Part shown: positions 1 to 10,396 of the stretch, in pieces
Layout: each line of letters starts with the position of its first letter
Numbering within the stretch: the first letter of the stretch is position 1
NCBI GenBank assembly: GCA_963678315.1
Contig: OY782781.1
Location: forward strand, 1 to 64,000
From: Candidatus Cloacimonadales bacterium
GTDB lineage: Bacteria; Cloacimonadota; Cloacimonadia; Cloacimonadales; JAFGVF01
Direction: 5' to 3'
DNA: 64,000 bases
Translations under genes and position numbers: made by a program
Notes under the pieces: generated by a model
Database searches by the model: none
The model's input: the letters and a program-made list of their open reading frames with translations, nothing else
Told to the model about the DNA's origin: nothing

Positions 1-1539
1 CAAATTGGTGAATTTGAATATGGACATGATATAGATATAATCGCTTCTTTTTTTTATAAAAATGATTTATTTGGATACTATTTAACAGTTGATAATGATT
101 TACCATATTATAAGTTAATGGTATATGATGTTTCAGATATGTCAAACGTTATTTTAACCGGTGAATACAATGTTTTTGGTTCTAATTCTGTCAGCTTTAA
201 TGGTGGAATAGAAATCATTCAAACTGAAGATTATATATATATTTGTAATCAGACATATGGTTTATATAAATTAGAGCTTACGTATAGCTCTACTCAAATT
301 GGTGAAAATTATTTAGATAAAGGATATTCGGTTGTAAAAAATTATAATACAGATAATACTTTATTTAATGTTGGAAGAAAAGGAAGATATCAACTTTTCA
401 CCTATGACGTAACAAATCTAAATAATATCACAGAAACAGATAATTACTTTGAAGATAATTGTTTTTACTGGTTTTTTAATAATGGAAACTTCATGATAAG
501 TCACAACAATGATAATCTAATACTAACACTTTATAAGAAGATTGGTGAGAATTATGATCAGATATTAAATTTTGAAATAGAAAATATAAATTTGTTTAAT
601 TTGGATATGTTGTATTTTGACGAAGATGAGCTTATCTTTTGTCATGAAGAAAGTACATACTATTATAAAATAGAGAATAATGAAATGATACTACTAGATG
701 AAGTATTTATTCCTGCTCAGTATGGTATTAATCGTATATATAAGTACTATCAAGGATATTTGTATGCTTTATCTAGGACTAGTAATTCTCTCAAGATTTA
801 TCATCTAGTAGACAATCAATTTGAATATGTTCATGATATTCAAGTAGAATATCAGGGCGGTTCTAGATACATTCTTCAAAGTGGTTCGCTTATAACAGTA
901 AATGACTGCTATATTTATGATTTGGATATTGACCCAGTAAATCTTAATCATATATGGAATATTAATACAAGTATAATTAATGGAACTGCTTCCAAAAAAG
1001 ATAATACTATTATTTTTGTCGGTCATGATGAAGAAACGTATATGACAAGTCTTGAAAAGAATAAGCTTGTACAGATTTACGATGTCAGTGATATTTCTAC
1101 ACCTGCAAAAGTTGGTTATATTGATGTCGGAGAATTTGTAATCAACGCAGATTTTTTACACTATGAAAGTGACCAAGACTTTTCTATAATAGTTGAATTA
1201 GCTGGTGCAATGAAAGTATATTCCTGCCACATTACCCCCAACGGAGACTTTGAAGTTGAGCCTGTTAAGCTAGAATGTTCAAACTACCCTAATCCTTTTA
1301 ATCCTGAAACGACTATTTCCTATAATATTGATAAAGCCTCAGATGTAGAGCTTACAATCTATAATATTAAAGGTCAGAAAGTAAGAACACTTGTTGATGA
1401 GGGACAAAAAGCAGGTAGGCATGATATTGTTTGGGATGGTTCAGATAGCAAGGGTAAGAAAGTAGCTTCAGGAACTTACCTTTATAAGGTAAAAGCTGAT
1501 GACCAAGAAGTAGTAAATAAGATGTTAATGATTAAATAA
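1..1539 (+). CDS. Secreted beta-propeller-like (LVIVD-type repeat) protein with C-terminal FlgD-Ig/T9SS-like sorting domain; 5' end lies outside the window
   Basis: Frame 1 is open from base 1 (QIGEFEYGHD...) into ORF 118..1539. Repeated 'VYDVSD..P' motifs. C-terminus is NYPNPFNPETTISY...IYNIKGQKVRTL...WDG...SGTYLYK...KMLMIK. Confidence 0.75.
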   Translation, partial: QIGEFEYGHDIDIIASFFYKNDLFGYYLTVDNDLPYYKLMVYDVSDMSNVILTGEYNVFGSNSVSFNGGIEIIQTEDYIYICNQTYGLYKLELTYSSTQIGENYLDKGYSVVKNYNTDNTLFNVGRKGRYQLFTYDVTNLNNITETDNYFEDNCFYWFFNNGNFMISHNNDNLILTLYKKIGENYDQILNFEIENINLFNLDMLYFDEDELIFCHEESTYYYKIENNEMILLDEVFIPAQYGINRIYKYYQGYLYALSRTSNSLKIYHLVDNQFEYVHDIQVEYQGGSRYILQSGSLITVNDCYIYDLDIDPVNLNHIWNINTSIINGTASKKDNTIIFVGHDEETYMTSLEKNKLVQIYDVSDISTPAKVGYIDVGEFVINADFLHYESDQDFSIIVELAGAMKVYSCHITPNGDFEVEPVKLECSNYPNPFNPETTISYNIDKASDVELTIYNIKGQKVRTLVDEGQKAGRHDIVWDGSDSKGKKVASGTYLYKVKADDQEVVNKMLMIK

Positions 1540-1544
1540 TGTTC

Positions 1545-1587
1545 AAAGAAAGTACCTGCCAACATTTTTGAGTCAGGTACTTTCTTT
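1545..1587. terminator. Bidirectional intrinsic terminator between convergent genes
   Basis: Inverted repeat aaagaaagtacctg...caggtactttcttt. Confidence 0.7.
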
Positions 1588-1600
1588 ATTTTATAACTTA

Positions 1601-2932
1601 CTATTCAGAAGCTTTAAGTCTTCTATATTCTTCAGTATATTCTTGGTATACAGACTGGTTTTCGGTGAGAACTTCATAAGCCATCATAATTACCATACTA
1701 GCTAGTGTTAAAGGAATCCATCCCAGACCAAATTTCCCTAGAGGTAGATATGCAATGATATTTTTCACAATAGGAATAAATTCTCCTAGTAATTCCATAA
1801 ATCCTAGTATACAAGAAACAGCAAAAGGAACAATCAGTGTCTTTCTACGTCTAATTTTCATATTAACATAACCTAAGAAAGCCAGACACATTGTAGGAGG
1901 AACCAACATTAGTAAAATTGGACCTATAAAGCTAGTAAGCTTTTGTAATGGGAGTAGAGATATTATGAATGCTAGTGAACAAGAGGCAAGTATCCACTTT
2001 TTTTGATTAGTTTTAGTATTAACAGCAAAGAAATTAGAAGCATTAGCAATTAGACCAATAGAAGTAGTTAAGCAAGCAAGAGCAACAGTTAATCCGAAGA
2101 TAATATTACCAATCTTACCAAAGATTGCAAAGATACTAAAGCGAAGAATATCTATCCCTTGAGGTTCAGCAAGAGAAGATGTGTAAGTAGTAGTAGCACC
2201 TATATAGCCTAGACCAATATACACAAGGGAGATTAGTATAATTGCAATTATCACACTTCTATTCAGAACTCCTGTTTTTTCAACATGCTTCATTTTTTTT
2301 TCAGATAGAATAGCCTTTATACTTATTGTTGCTATAATTACATAGTTGAGAGCATCAACGGTAAGATAGCCTGTTTGAAGACCTTTAGTGATTGTTTGGC
2401 TTATTTTTGCAGAAGAAACAACATAAGAATTCCCTTGAAGTATAGTCCCACCAATCAATATTGTTAAAAGAACTATAAGAATAGGAGTAAGATATTTACC
2501 TATTACATCAACTATGTTTGTTTCACTAATCAGGATTGCACAAGTAATAAAGAAGAATATAAAAGAGCTAGCAATCTTTACAGTCAGACTTTGTCCAAAA
2601 ATCTCACTTGAAAAGAGCTGATTAGTTATAATTGCAGTTCTAGGTGCAGCAAAGATAGGTCCTAATATAAGAACCACTGCACTCAACAAGAATAGATGGG
2701 CTTTAGGGTGAATCTTATTAGTAATATCCAGAAAGTTATTTTTTTGTAAAGCCATAGCCCACACTCCAATTGCAGCAAAACCTGCACTGGTTAGAATGAA
2801 AGCTAAAATAGCAATCAAATAGTTTTTTCCTGCGAAAAAACCAACACTAGGTGGTAATATAACATTACCAGCTCCAAACATAATAGCAAAAATCGTCATT
2901 CCAAGAACCATTGAATATCTAAAATGTTTCAT
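1601..2932 (-). CDS. brnQ: Branched-chain amino acid:cation symporter (LIVCS family)
   Basis: Motifs FAIMFGAGNVILPP, GPIFAAPRTA, GKYLTPIL, LACLTTSIGL; multiple hydrophobic segments. Start moved to MKHFRY (ATG 2932) after AAGAGG. Confidence 0.85.
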   Translation of the reverse strand: MKHFRYSMVLGMTIFAIMFGAGNVILPPSVGFFAGKNYLIAILAFILTSAGFAAIGVWAMALQKNNFLDITNKIHPKAHLFLLSAVVLILGPIFAAPRTAIITNQLFSSEIFGQSLTVKIASSFIFFFITCAILISETNIVDVIGKYLTPILIVLLTILIGGTILQGNSYVVSSAKISQTITKGLQTGYLTVDALNYVIIATISIKAILSEKKMKHVEKTGVLNRSVIIAIILISLVYIGLGYIGATTTYTSSLAEPQGIDILRFSIFAIFGKIGNIIFGLTVALACLTTSIGLIANASNFFAVNTKTNQKKWILASCSLAFIISLLPLQKLTSFIGPILLMLVPPTMCLAFLGYVNMKIRRRKTLIVPFAVSCILGFMELLGEFIPIVKNIIAYLPLGKFGLGWIPLTLASMVIMMAYEVLTENQSVYQEYTEEYRRLKASE

Positions 2933-3130
2933 TTTACATACCTCTTTCAATAAATCTTTTATCACCGTTATTTTGAGACAGTTAATCTATCAGCATGGCT
3001 AGAAATTATCCCTTGCAAAATACGTCAAGAATTAATTCAATATTTTTATCACGATATTATTAGCTTGACATTAGATATTCATTTAGACTATATAATTTCC
3101 ATAATCTAAACTATTGATTAAAGGATTTTT

Positions 3131-4303
3131 ATGAAAATATTAATGGTGCTTGAGACTAAATTCCCCCCTGATTTAAGGGTAGAGAATGAGATAGATGCTT
3201 TATTAGATAAAGGTCATGATGTAACAATTATTGCAGGATTCAGAGAACGATTAGAAAGAGAATCTTCTTATGGAAAAGCCAAGGTAATTAGAGAGTATAT
3301 TCCTACATTTATCTATAAATCATCAATAGGCTGTCTTTCCTATCCATTTTATTTTAACTTTTGGGCAAAGCTTATTAAAAACGAATTATCTAGCAATAAA
3401 TATGATGCTGTTCATATCCATGATTTACCTCTCACAAAAGTTGTAGTTGAGCTAAGAAAGCAGCATAACTATAACTTTACAATCACTCTTGATTTGCATG
3501 AGAATTATCCAGATATGCTCAAAATAGCTAAACATACTAACTCCTTAATTGGCAAAAGATTTTTCAATTACCAACAGTGGCTAGACTATGAAAAGGCTAT
3601 GGTTAATTCGGTAGATAATGTTATCACTGTTGTTAAAGAGATGAAGCAACGTATTATTAAATTAGGCCTTGCGAAAGAGAAAGTAACAGTTGTTTCAAAT
3701 ACTTTCAACGCAAAGAAATTTACTCCTGTTCCTTTAAATCAATCAAAGGATAATTTTATACTATTTTACGGAGGTGGAATAACCATAGACAGAGGACTTC
3801 AATATGTTATTCCAGCATTATCACGCATTGAGAAAGTAATTCCAAATCTTAAGTTAAGAATTGTTGGTGATGGATCTTACCTTGAATTCTTACGAGGATT
3901 AGCTAAAGAGGAAAAAGCCCTGCATCTTGTTGAGTTTCTTGGTTATCAGAAGTTTAACAAGCTACTTGAATATCTTGCTGAATCTCATATTGCTTTAGTC
4001 CCTCATGTTAAATCTGCCCAAACAGAATCAGGATTACCTCATAAATTGTTTCAGTATATGGTAACTGGCATACCTGTTGTAGCTTCAAATTGTGGACCAT
4101 TTGTTAGAATTTTAGAGCCAAAGACTGCTGGTAAAATATATTCTTATGATTCATCCAAAGAGTTTTCTGAAATCATTATTGAACTATATAAGAATCCTCA
4201 AATACGTCAAGATTTAGCTCAGAATGCAAAAGAACTTGTCCAAGCAGAATATCTCTGGGAATATGATGCAGAAAGATTGGCTGGAATATACAAAATGGCA
4301 TAA
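3131..4303 (+). CDS. Glycosyltransferase family 4 (GT-B)
   Basis: FPPDLRVENE, HIHDL, LPHKLFQYMVTGIPVVASN GT4-type motifs. Confidence 0.85.
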   Translation: MKILMVLETKFPPDLRVENEIDALLDKGHDVTIIAGFRERLERESSYGKAKVIREYIPTFIYKSSIGCLSYPFYFNFWAKLIKNELSSNKYDAVHIHDLPLTKVVVELRKQHNYNFTITLDLHENYPDMLKIAKHTNSLIGKRFFNYQQWLDYEKAMVNSVDNVITVVKEMKQRIIKLGLAKEKVTVVSNTFNAKKFTPVPLNQSKDNFILFYGGGITIDRGLQYVIPALSRIEKVIPNLKLRIVGDGSYLEFLRGLAKEEKALHLVEFLGYQKFNKLLEYLAESHIALVPHVKSAQTESGLPHKLFQYMVTGIPVVASNCGPFVRILEPKTAGKIYSYDSSKEFSEIIIELYKNPQIRQDLAQNAKELVQAEYLWEYDAERLAGIYKMA

Positions 4304-4342
4304 TTTGCAGATTCACACTTCCTCACTCCTAACTTATCATTA

Positions 4343-4466
4343 TTTATGTCGCCCTTTCAGGGCTTTATTTTAATTCTTTATTTACATGGAGGACAAGCCT
4401 CCATGCTTAGTATATGCCACCCCTTCGGGGTTAGACAAACGGGCGTTCGTCTCTACAATTCACTCC
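4343..4466. repeat. REP/REPIN-like composite unit, copy 1 (three hairpins plus a GTAG-tagged palindrome)
   Basis: gccctttcagggc; catggagg-acaag-cctccatg; ccccttcgggg; agacaaacg-gg-cgttcgtct-ctac (GTAG tag on the minus strand, 4433-4456). Repeated at 4710-4834 and partly at 62771-62860. Confidence 0.75.
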
Positions 4467-4573
4467 GAATGTCCTAATTCTGCATTCTCAATTATCATTT
4501 CATTAAATAACCCACGATTGAAATCATGGGCTCTGAAGAGATATGCCCTTACAGGACAAAGCAAGGTCTTTGC

Positions 4574-4613
4574 GTAAGCATGAACTTCGTTCAACCTATC
4601 GGTGGATGCTTAC
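4574..4613. repeat. GTAAGCATGAAC hairpin repeat with a 13-nt internal insertion, copy 1
   Basis: Matches the reverse complement of 62701-62740 with 3 differences in 40 nt. Confidence 0.75.
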
Positions 4614-4709
4614 ACTCCATCTAATGTCCAGTCCTAAATAATTTGACTGTTTTTCGTGTTATTCGTGCTTTTCGTGGTAAAATTCTCTATTTGCAGATAA
4701 AGCTTAGCC

Positions 4710-4834
4710 TTTATGTCGCCCTTTCAGGGCTTTTTTTATTTTTTAACTATTACATGGAGGGCAAGCCTCCATGCTTAGTATATGCCACCCCTTCGGGGTT
4801 AGACAAACGGACGTTCGTCTCTACAATTCACTCC
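4710..4834. repeat. REP/REPIN-like composite unit, copy 2
   Basis: Near-identical direct repeat of 4343-4466. Confidence 0.75.
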
Positions 4835-4840
4835 ATCTAA

Positions 4841-4924
4841 CTTCTAACTCCTCACTTCTAACTCCTCACTTCTAACTCCTCACTTCTAACTCCTCACTTC
4901 TAACTCCTCACTTCTAACTCCTAA
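4841..4924. repeat. Tandem repeat, 14-bp unit CTTCTAACTCCTCA x6 (two alternating heptamers)
   Basis: Five perfect copies (4841-4910) and one copy ending CTAA. Confidence 0.95.
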
Positions 4925-4935
4925 CTTAAGGGTCT

Positions 4936-4962
4936 CCTTGAAAAATCGGCTTTTTTTCAAAG
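4936..4962. repeat. Dispersed hairpin repeat, TTGAAAAA...TTTTTCAA family
   Basis: Reverse complement matches 22452-22478 and 49940-49966. Confidence 0.7.
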
Positions 4963-5182
4963 AAGCTAGTAAGGGTGGCATAATAATAAAGATAATTCTG
5001 AATAAATTTGTTTAAGAAGTATATCCAATATTTAAGGGAACTTTATTTTGCCTTTGTTTAGTTTTCAAGCATTCTGTTTAACTATAATATTAACTATAAT
5101 TAATTTGAAAATTAATAACACAATCAACTATTGACAAAACAGCACCTTATTATCAACTGACATAATATAATTTTTAGGATGT

Positions 5183-6283
5183 ATGAATATGAGTAAAAAA
5201 GAATTAAGGTCATTAATAATATTAGTTTTAGTTATATTGTTTGGTGTTTTTAGATGTGTTACAGCGAAGTATGATTATAAATCAAGTATGTATTTAAATT
5301 ATACACCAGACAAACAAGGTAAAAACTTAAAAACAGAAATATATGTTATTAGTCATAAAAAGAATGTTGAAGAAATCACTGAAGAAGCGTTTAATTTAAT
5401 GCAAGAAATGATTTACAAGTTTTCAGATGAATATCCTGAAAGTTTAGTCAATAAAATCAACAATAGCAATGGACAACAGGTTCCTATGGATAATGATTTA
5501 TATGAATTGTTGCAAACATCTGAGGAAATGTATAAGCTAAGCAATGGTAAATTTGACATAACAGTAAAACCTCTTTATGACCTATGGGATTTCGATTTAG
5601 TTGAAGATCCTACTGCAGGGGATAATGTAGCATTTATTCCTGATTCTTTGGCAATAGAAAAAGCACTAGAGCTTGTTGATTTTTCAAAAATTACTTACAA
5701 TGAAAAATTTATTCAAGTCCCACAAGGTATGAAAATAACATTTGGAGCAATTTCTAAAGGTTTTATAGTTGATAAGATTGTTGATTTCTTAGAAGATAAT
5801 GGAGCTATTGCAGGCTACGTAGATCAAACAAGTTCAATTAGATATTTTGGAGAATTAGATAAGCAAATCATATTAGGTGTTCAGCATCCTAGAAACAGTT
5901 CTGAAATAATAGCTGAATTGACCAATTTAGAAGATAAATCAATCTCAACTTCTGGGGATTATCAGCAATTCTTTGATGTTGGTAATAAACGTTATCACCA
6001 TCTAATTGATGCAACAAGTGGTTATCCATTTAATGGAAATGTTGCTATTACAATAATCGCCAACACAGCTTTCCAGGCTGATGCATATTCAACAGCTCTA
6101 TTCTTTCTAGATAGTGCAGAAGCTGTCAATCTTCTCAAACCAAAAGAAGAGACTGAAGCGATAATTATTAAAGAAGTATTTAATGAAAAAACAAATCAGT
6201 TTGATGCTGAATTCATAAAAACAGAAAAAACAGATTCATCAAAAGGATTAGATTATTACCTATTAAAGGAAGATTTAGATTAA
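5183..6283 (+). CDS. apbE: FAD:protein FMN transferase (ApbE family)
   Basis: SNGKFDITVKPLYDLW, FGAISKGFIVD, STSGDYQQF, RYHHLID, ADAYSTA motifs. Confidence 0.85.
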   Translation: MNMSKKELRSLIILVLVILFGVFRCVTAKYDYKSSMYLNYTPDKQGKNLKTEIYVISHKKNVEEITEEAFNLMQEMIYKFSDEYPESLVNKINNSNGQQVPMDNDLYELLQTSEEMYKLSNGKFDITVKPLYDLWDFDLVEDPTAGDNVAFIPDSLAIEKALELVDFSKITYNEKFIQVPQGMKITFGAISKGFIVDKIVDFLEDNGAIAGYVDQTSSIRYFGELDKQIILGVQHPRNSSEIIAELTNLEDKSISTSGDYQQFFDVGNKRYHHLIDATSGYPFNGNVAITIIANTAFQADAYSTALFFLDSAEAVNLLKPKEETEAIIIKEVFNEKTNQFDAEFIKTEKTDSSKGLDYYLLKEDLD

Positions 6284-6289
6284 AGCAAT

Positions 6290-7078
6290 ATGGAAAATAA
6301 AATTGATATACAAAAAATGAACGATACTCGCAAAGTATCAATAGATAAAGTCGGTGTAAAAAGTGTTAAATACCCTATTTCTGTAGAAGATAAGAAAAAT
6401 GGAATTCAACACACTGTAGCAGATTTAGATATTTATGTACAACTTCCACATCATCATCGTGGAACTCACATGTCTAGATTTTTAGAAGTTTTAAATAAAT
6501 ATAGAGATAAGAATATAGTTTCTGAAATTGAGAACTTTATAAAAGAAACGAAAGTTAGATTAGATGCAGATTCAGCTTATGCTGAAGTTTCATTCCCCTA
6601 CTTCATAGAAAAAGAAGCTCCTGTTTCTAAAATTAAATCTTTAATGTCTTATGATTGTTTCTTCAAAGTATCGCACACAGATAAGTTCAAGATTCAGATA
6701 GGAGTAAAGGTTCCTGTTACTTCAGTTTGTCCATGCTCTAAAGAAATAAGTGAATATGGTGCACATAACCAAAGATCTATCGTTACAGTGATGATAGAAT
6801 ACAATAAATTTGTATGGTTAGAAGAAATAATTGATATTGTTGAAAAATCTGCTAGTTGCGAATTATACTCACTACTAAAAAGAACCGACGAAAAGTATGT
6901 AACTGAAAAAGGTTATGAGAATCCAAAGTTTGTTGAAGATATTGTTAGAGATGTCGTTGTTGAACTAAGAAAAGATGATAGAATTGATGTTTTCTCAGTA
7001 GAATCAGAGAACTTTGAATCAATTCATAATCACAACGCTTATGCTTCAGTTTATGAAGTTAGAGGGCTTGATGACTAG
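6290..7078 (+). CDS. folE2: GTP cyclohydrolase FolE2 (type IB)
   Basis: RGTHMSRF, VCPCSKEIS, GAHNQRS, LLKRTDEK, PKFVEDIVR, ESIHNHNAYA. Confidence 0.95.
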   Translation: MENKIDIQKMNDTRKVSIDKVGVKSVKYPISVEDKKNGIQHTVADLDIYVQLPHHHRGTHMSRFLEVLNKYRDKNIVSEIENFIKETKVRLDADSAYAEVSFPYFIEKEAPVSKIKSLMSYDCFFKVSHTDKFKIQIGVKVPVTSVCPCSKEISEYGAHNQRSIVTVMIEYNKFVWLEEIIDIVEKSASCELYSLLKRTDEKYVTEKGYENPKFVEDIVRDVVVELRKDDRIDVFSVESENFESIHNHNAYASVYEVRGLDD

Positions 7079-9605
7079 AAAAATTAAACATACAACTTTA
7101 GATAATGGTTTTAAGATTATCTATGCTAAAGACGACTCTAACCCAATAATAAGTTTACAGCTCTTTATAAGAATGGGCTCTAATCAAGAAAGCAAAGAAG
7201 AGTCAGGATTCTCACATTTAACAGAGCATTTAGTATTCAAATCTACAGAGAACTATCCTGAGAATGGAGTGATGGAAAAAGCATCATATCTAGGTGCAAA
7301 TATCAACGCATATACAGAATATGATTCGACATGTCACTATCTTACTCTTGCTTCTAAATATACAGATCAAGGGATAGAACTTCTTGCAGAATTAGCACAA
7401 AAAGCTGATTTCTCAGATGATGAATTTGAGACAGAAAAACTGGTAGTAATTGAAGAGCTCAAACAATATGCTAACGATATTGAAGAAAACTTCATAGAAT
7501 CCATACCTCAACATGTATTTGATGAATCTCCCTACCACAATCCTATAATTGGTAACTTAGAAAACTTAGAAAACTCAACTCCTGAAAAGTTGAGAGAATT
7601 CTATAAAAAGCATTATGCTCCCAATAACTCTTTTCTAGTTGTTTCAGGTTCTTTTAAGAAAAAAGAAATTACAAAGAAGATTATTGAACACTTCGGAGAT
7701 TGGGAACCTGTAGAAAGAGCTTCTAATACTGGCAGAGTAAATAAATATTCAAATACATTTAAAACCGTTAACCTTCTTAATGAAGAGATAAATCAAGAGC
7801 TCTTGGCTTTTGTCATACCGGAAGTTAGTGAATCTCATCCTGATGGAATATCTTTATCTTTAGCTACTAAAACTTTTTCGATTGGAAAGAACTCAAAACT
7901 ATATAAACGCTTATATATTGAAGAGCATTTAGTTACATCTATTCAAGTACATTCAATTTCTGGCATATACAATGGAGTATCTATTATTTTAGTTATTCCA
8001 AAAACTAATAGTAGTCTGGACAAGATTTGTAGAATATTTATTGAAGAATTCAACAGTTTTAAACAGCAAGGCATGACTTTTGAAGAACTCAGGAAAATTA
8101 AAGCTGAGCAAGAACATGGTTGGAAGTACGCCTTTGAATATGTGGAGAATCTAGGATCAGTTCTTGGGGATGAAGAACTTGATGCTGGTTACAAGGAAGC
8201 ACTTTCTTATCCAGTTAAAATAGCAGCAATTAATAATTCAAGAATTCAAGAAATTCTAGATAAGTATTTCACAATTGACAATCTAAAAATTGTTCATTTG
8301 GGTAAGAAAAATGGATTTTTACAAAAGCTAGAGCAAGACTTTTCCATGCATGAATTAACTCCAATTACTATTCCTAAAAAGTTAGATTATCATGAGCATA
8401 CACTCCCTTCTGGGATGAAACTCCTTCTAAAAAGAGTAGTTGGTAAACCAACAGTTGGTATCTCTCTTTCCAGAAACATATCTCAACTTAATGAATCTAA
8501 TGGTTCAAGAGGATCTAACTTCTTTACTCTAGGTCTTATGCAACATGGTAATGCAAAGTATAGCAGAGAAGCCCTCTTAGATTATTGCAATGAAAGAGGA
8601 ATTAATCTACAGATTACTAACGGCATAGAGACTTCGGGAGTAAAGCTGAAGTGTTTTGGAGAATATATAACTGAATCAATAAACTTAATTGCAGATGTTA
8701 TTAGAGAACCTCTCTTCCCTGAAAGCAATCTTAACCATTTGAAAGAATCTGTAATCACGAATATCAAAAGGGTTGAAGACTTTCCTGTTAAGAACTCTGT
8801 GAACAAATTTAATAGGCTTTTGTTTGGAGCTGGAAGTAACCTTATAAGTAAAACTGGTGATTTAGAAGATATTAAGTTAATTGATAGGTCAGTAGTTAAA
8901 CAATGGCACAAAGAATTCTTAGATCTATCTCAAATGACAATTGCGGTAGTTGGTGATATTCATTTTGATAATGTTATTAGAGCAACAGAAAATGCTTTTA
9001 ACTTTGCTTTTGAGAAATCAGCATTACATCAAGTTGCAATCTTCAATAAGAACACAGAGAAATTTAAGTCTTATGATTTCAACAATGATCAATCAATTAT
9101 CCATATAGGTGGTTATGCATGCAAATCAATTGATTATAAGCAAAATGTTGCTTTTCATGTTTTATCACAGATAATTGGTGGAGAGATAAACTCCAGGCTA
9201 TTTAACATTCTCCGTGAACAGTTAGGTATTGCCTATTCTGTTGGATTTGATTACTCAGCTGTAAAAGATGTTGGTTTCTTTACTAACTTTGCAATAGTTG
9301 ATTCTAAAAGAGAAAAGAAAGCTATTGAAGCAATTACAAAAATAATGGAAGACGTTAAGAAGAGTAATGTTACTAAAGAAGAGCTTGAGATTACCAAAAA
9401 CTACATTAGTGGTCAAAGGCTTCTAGATAATGAATCTGTCTTCGCACAAGCAAATAGTTTAGCCATATTAAATAGCTTAGGCTACCCTTATGAATTCTAT
9501 TTAACTAGAGAAGAACGTCTTCAAAATGTTTCTCATCAAGACATAAAAGAATTAGCTGAGGAATACTTCATTAAAGATAAACTATACACACAAATATATA
9601 GGTAA
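7071..9605 (+). CDS. M16 family zinc peptidase (fused two-module pitrilysin type)
   Basis: Inverted zinc motif HLTEH, NAYTEYDST; the second module lacks HxxEH. Start taken at MTRKIK (ATG 7071). Confidence 0.9.
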   Translation: MTRKIKHTTLDNGFKIIYAKDDSNPIISLQLFIRMGSNQESKEESGFSHLTEHLVFKSTENYPENGVMEKASYLGANINAYTEYDSTCHYLTLASKYTDQGIELLAELAQKADFSDDEFETEKLVVIEELKQYANDIEENFIESIPQHVFDESPYHNPIIGNLENLENSTPEKLREFYKKHYAPNNSFLVVSGSFKKKEITKKIIEHFGDWEPVERASNTGRVNKYSNTFKTVNLLNEEINQELLAFVIPEVSESHPDGISLSLATKTFSIGKNSKLYKRLYIEEHLVTSIQVHSISGIYNGVSIILVIPKTNSSLDKICRIFIEEFNSFKQQGMTFEELRKIKAEQEHGWKYAFEYVENLGSVLGDEELDAGYKEALSYPVKIAAINNSRIQEILDKYFTIDNLKIVHLGKKNGFLQKLEQDFSMHELTPITIPKKLDYHEHTLPSGMKLLLKRVVGKPTVGISLSRNISQLNESNGSRGSNFFTLGLMQHGNAKYSREALLDYCNERGINLQITNGIETSGVKLKCFGEYITESINLIADVIREPLFPESNLNHLKESVITNIKRVEDFPVKNSVNKFNRLLFGAGSNLISKTGDLEDIKLIDRSVVKQWHKEFLDLSQMTIAVVGDIHFDNVIRATENAFNFAFEKSALHQVAIFNKNTEKFKSYDFNNDQSIIHIGGYACKSIDYKQNVAFHVLSQIIGGEINSRLFNILREQLGIAYSVGFDYSAVKDVGFFTNFAIVDSKREKKAIEAITKIMEDVKKSNVTKEELEITKNYISGQRLLDNESVFAQANSLAILNSLGYPYEFYLTREERLQNVSHQDIKELAEEYFIKDKLYTQIYR

Positions 9606-9609
9606 GATA

Positions 9610-10383
9610 ATGATAACAGCTGGTTTAGATATAGGTTCAACTACCTCAAAAGTTGTTATATATGATACTGAGACCAATACAATCCTTGATTGGAGTTATG
9701 TTGCAACTGGAGTAAATCCTACTCTTACAGCACAAAAACTATACAAGGATATTCTTGAAAAAAATAAGCTAGAAAAAGCTGATTATGTTGTTGCTACCGG
9801 CTATGGTAGAAAAATTGTTGATTTCAAGAATCAGATAAGTTCAGAAATTATTTGCCATGCTAAAGGTATCAGCTTCCTCAAACCAGAAATTAGAACAATC
9901 ATAGATATAGGTGGTCAAGACTCTAAGGTGATATGTGTAGACGACAACATGAAAGTTGCTGATTTTGTTATGAATGACAAATGTGCAGCAGGAACAGGAA
10001 GATTCTTGGAAGTAGCATCAACTATTCTTGAAACTACAGTTGATAAGCTTTCAGCATTAGCTGATAAGGCAGATGAAGACATAGAGATTAACTCTACTTG
10101 CGTTGTTTTTGCCGAATCTGAAATAATTGGAATGATAGCTAAAGGATACTCTGTAGAGACTATTGTTAAAGCAGTTCATCTATCTATAGCAAAGCGAATA
10201 GTGAATCAAGTGAATTCCCTGCCATGGAAAAGCCCTGTAGCTTTCACAGGTGGTGTATCCTTCAATAATTCCTTAAAATCAATTATTAGTAACTTGCTAG
10301 GTGAAAACATGTATACCTATAACACACCAATAATAACCGGTGCACTTGGTGCTGCAATATTAGGAAAAGAAAAATTAATATAA
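9610..10383 (+). CDS. 2-hydroxyacyl-CoA dehydratase activator (HgdC; BadF/BadG/BcrA/BcrD ATPase family)
   Basis: GLDIGSTTSK, ATGYGR, IDIGGQDSK, MNDKCAAGTGRFLE, TCVVFAESE. Confidence 0.9.
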   Translation: MITAGLDIGSTTSKVVIYDTETNTILDWSYVATGVNPTLTAQKLYKDILEKNKLEKADYVVATGYGRKIVDFKNQISSEIICHAKGISFLKPEIRTIIDIGGQDSKVICVDDNMKVADFVMNDKCAAGTGRFLEVASTILETTVDKLSALADKADEDIEINSTCVVFAESEIIGMIAKGYSVETIVKAVHLSIAKRIVNQVNSLPWKSPVAFTGGVSFNNSLKSIISNLLGENMYTYNTPIITGALGAAILGKEKLI

Positions 10384-10396
10384 ATAGGAGATTTAA

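Noticed and set aside
4386..4840. ORFs 4386..4577 and 4643..4840 sharing 'KPPCLVYATPSGLDKR'
   Set aside because: They are translations of the DNA repeat unit, whose conservation follows base pairing rather than coding.
4343..4980. Integron attC array
   Set aside because: There are no cassette ORFs between the hairpins, no consistent RYYYAAC/GTTRRRY ends and no intI.
5078..5103. TTAACTATAAT direct repeat upstream of apbE
   Set aside because: It is short and very AT-rich in an AT-rich genome, so it cannot be distinguished from chance.
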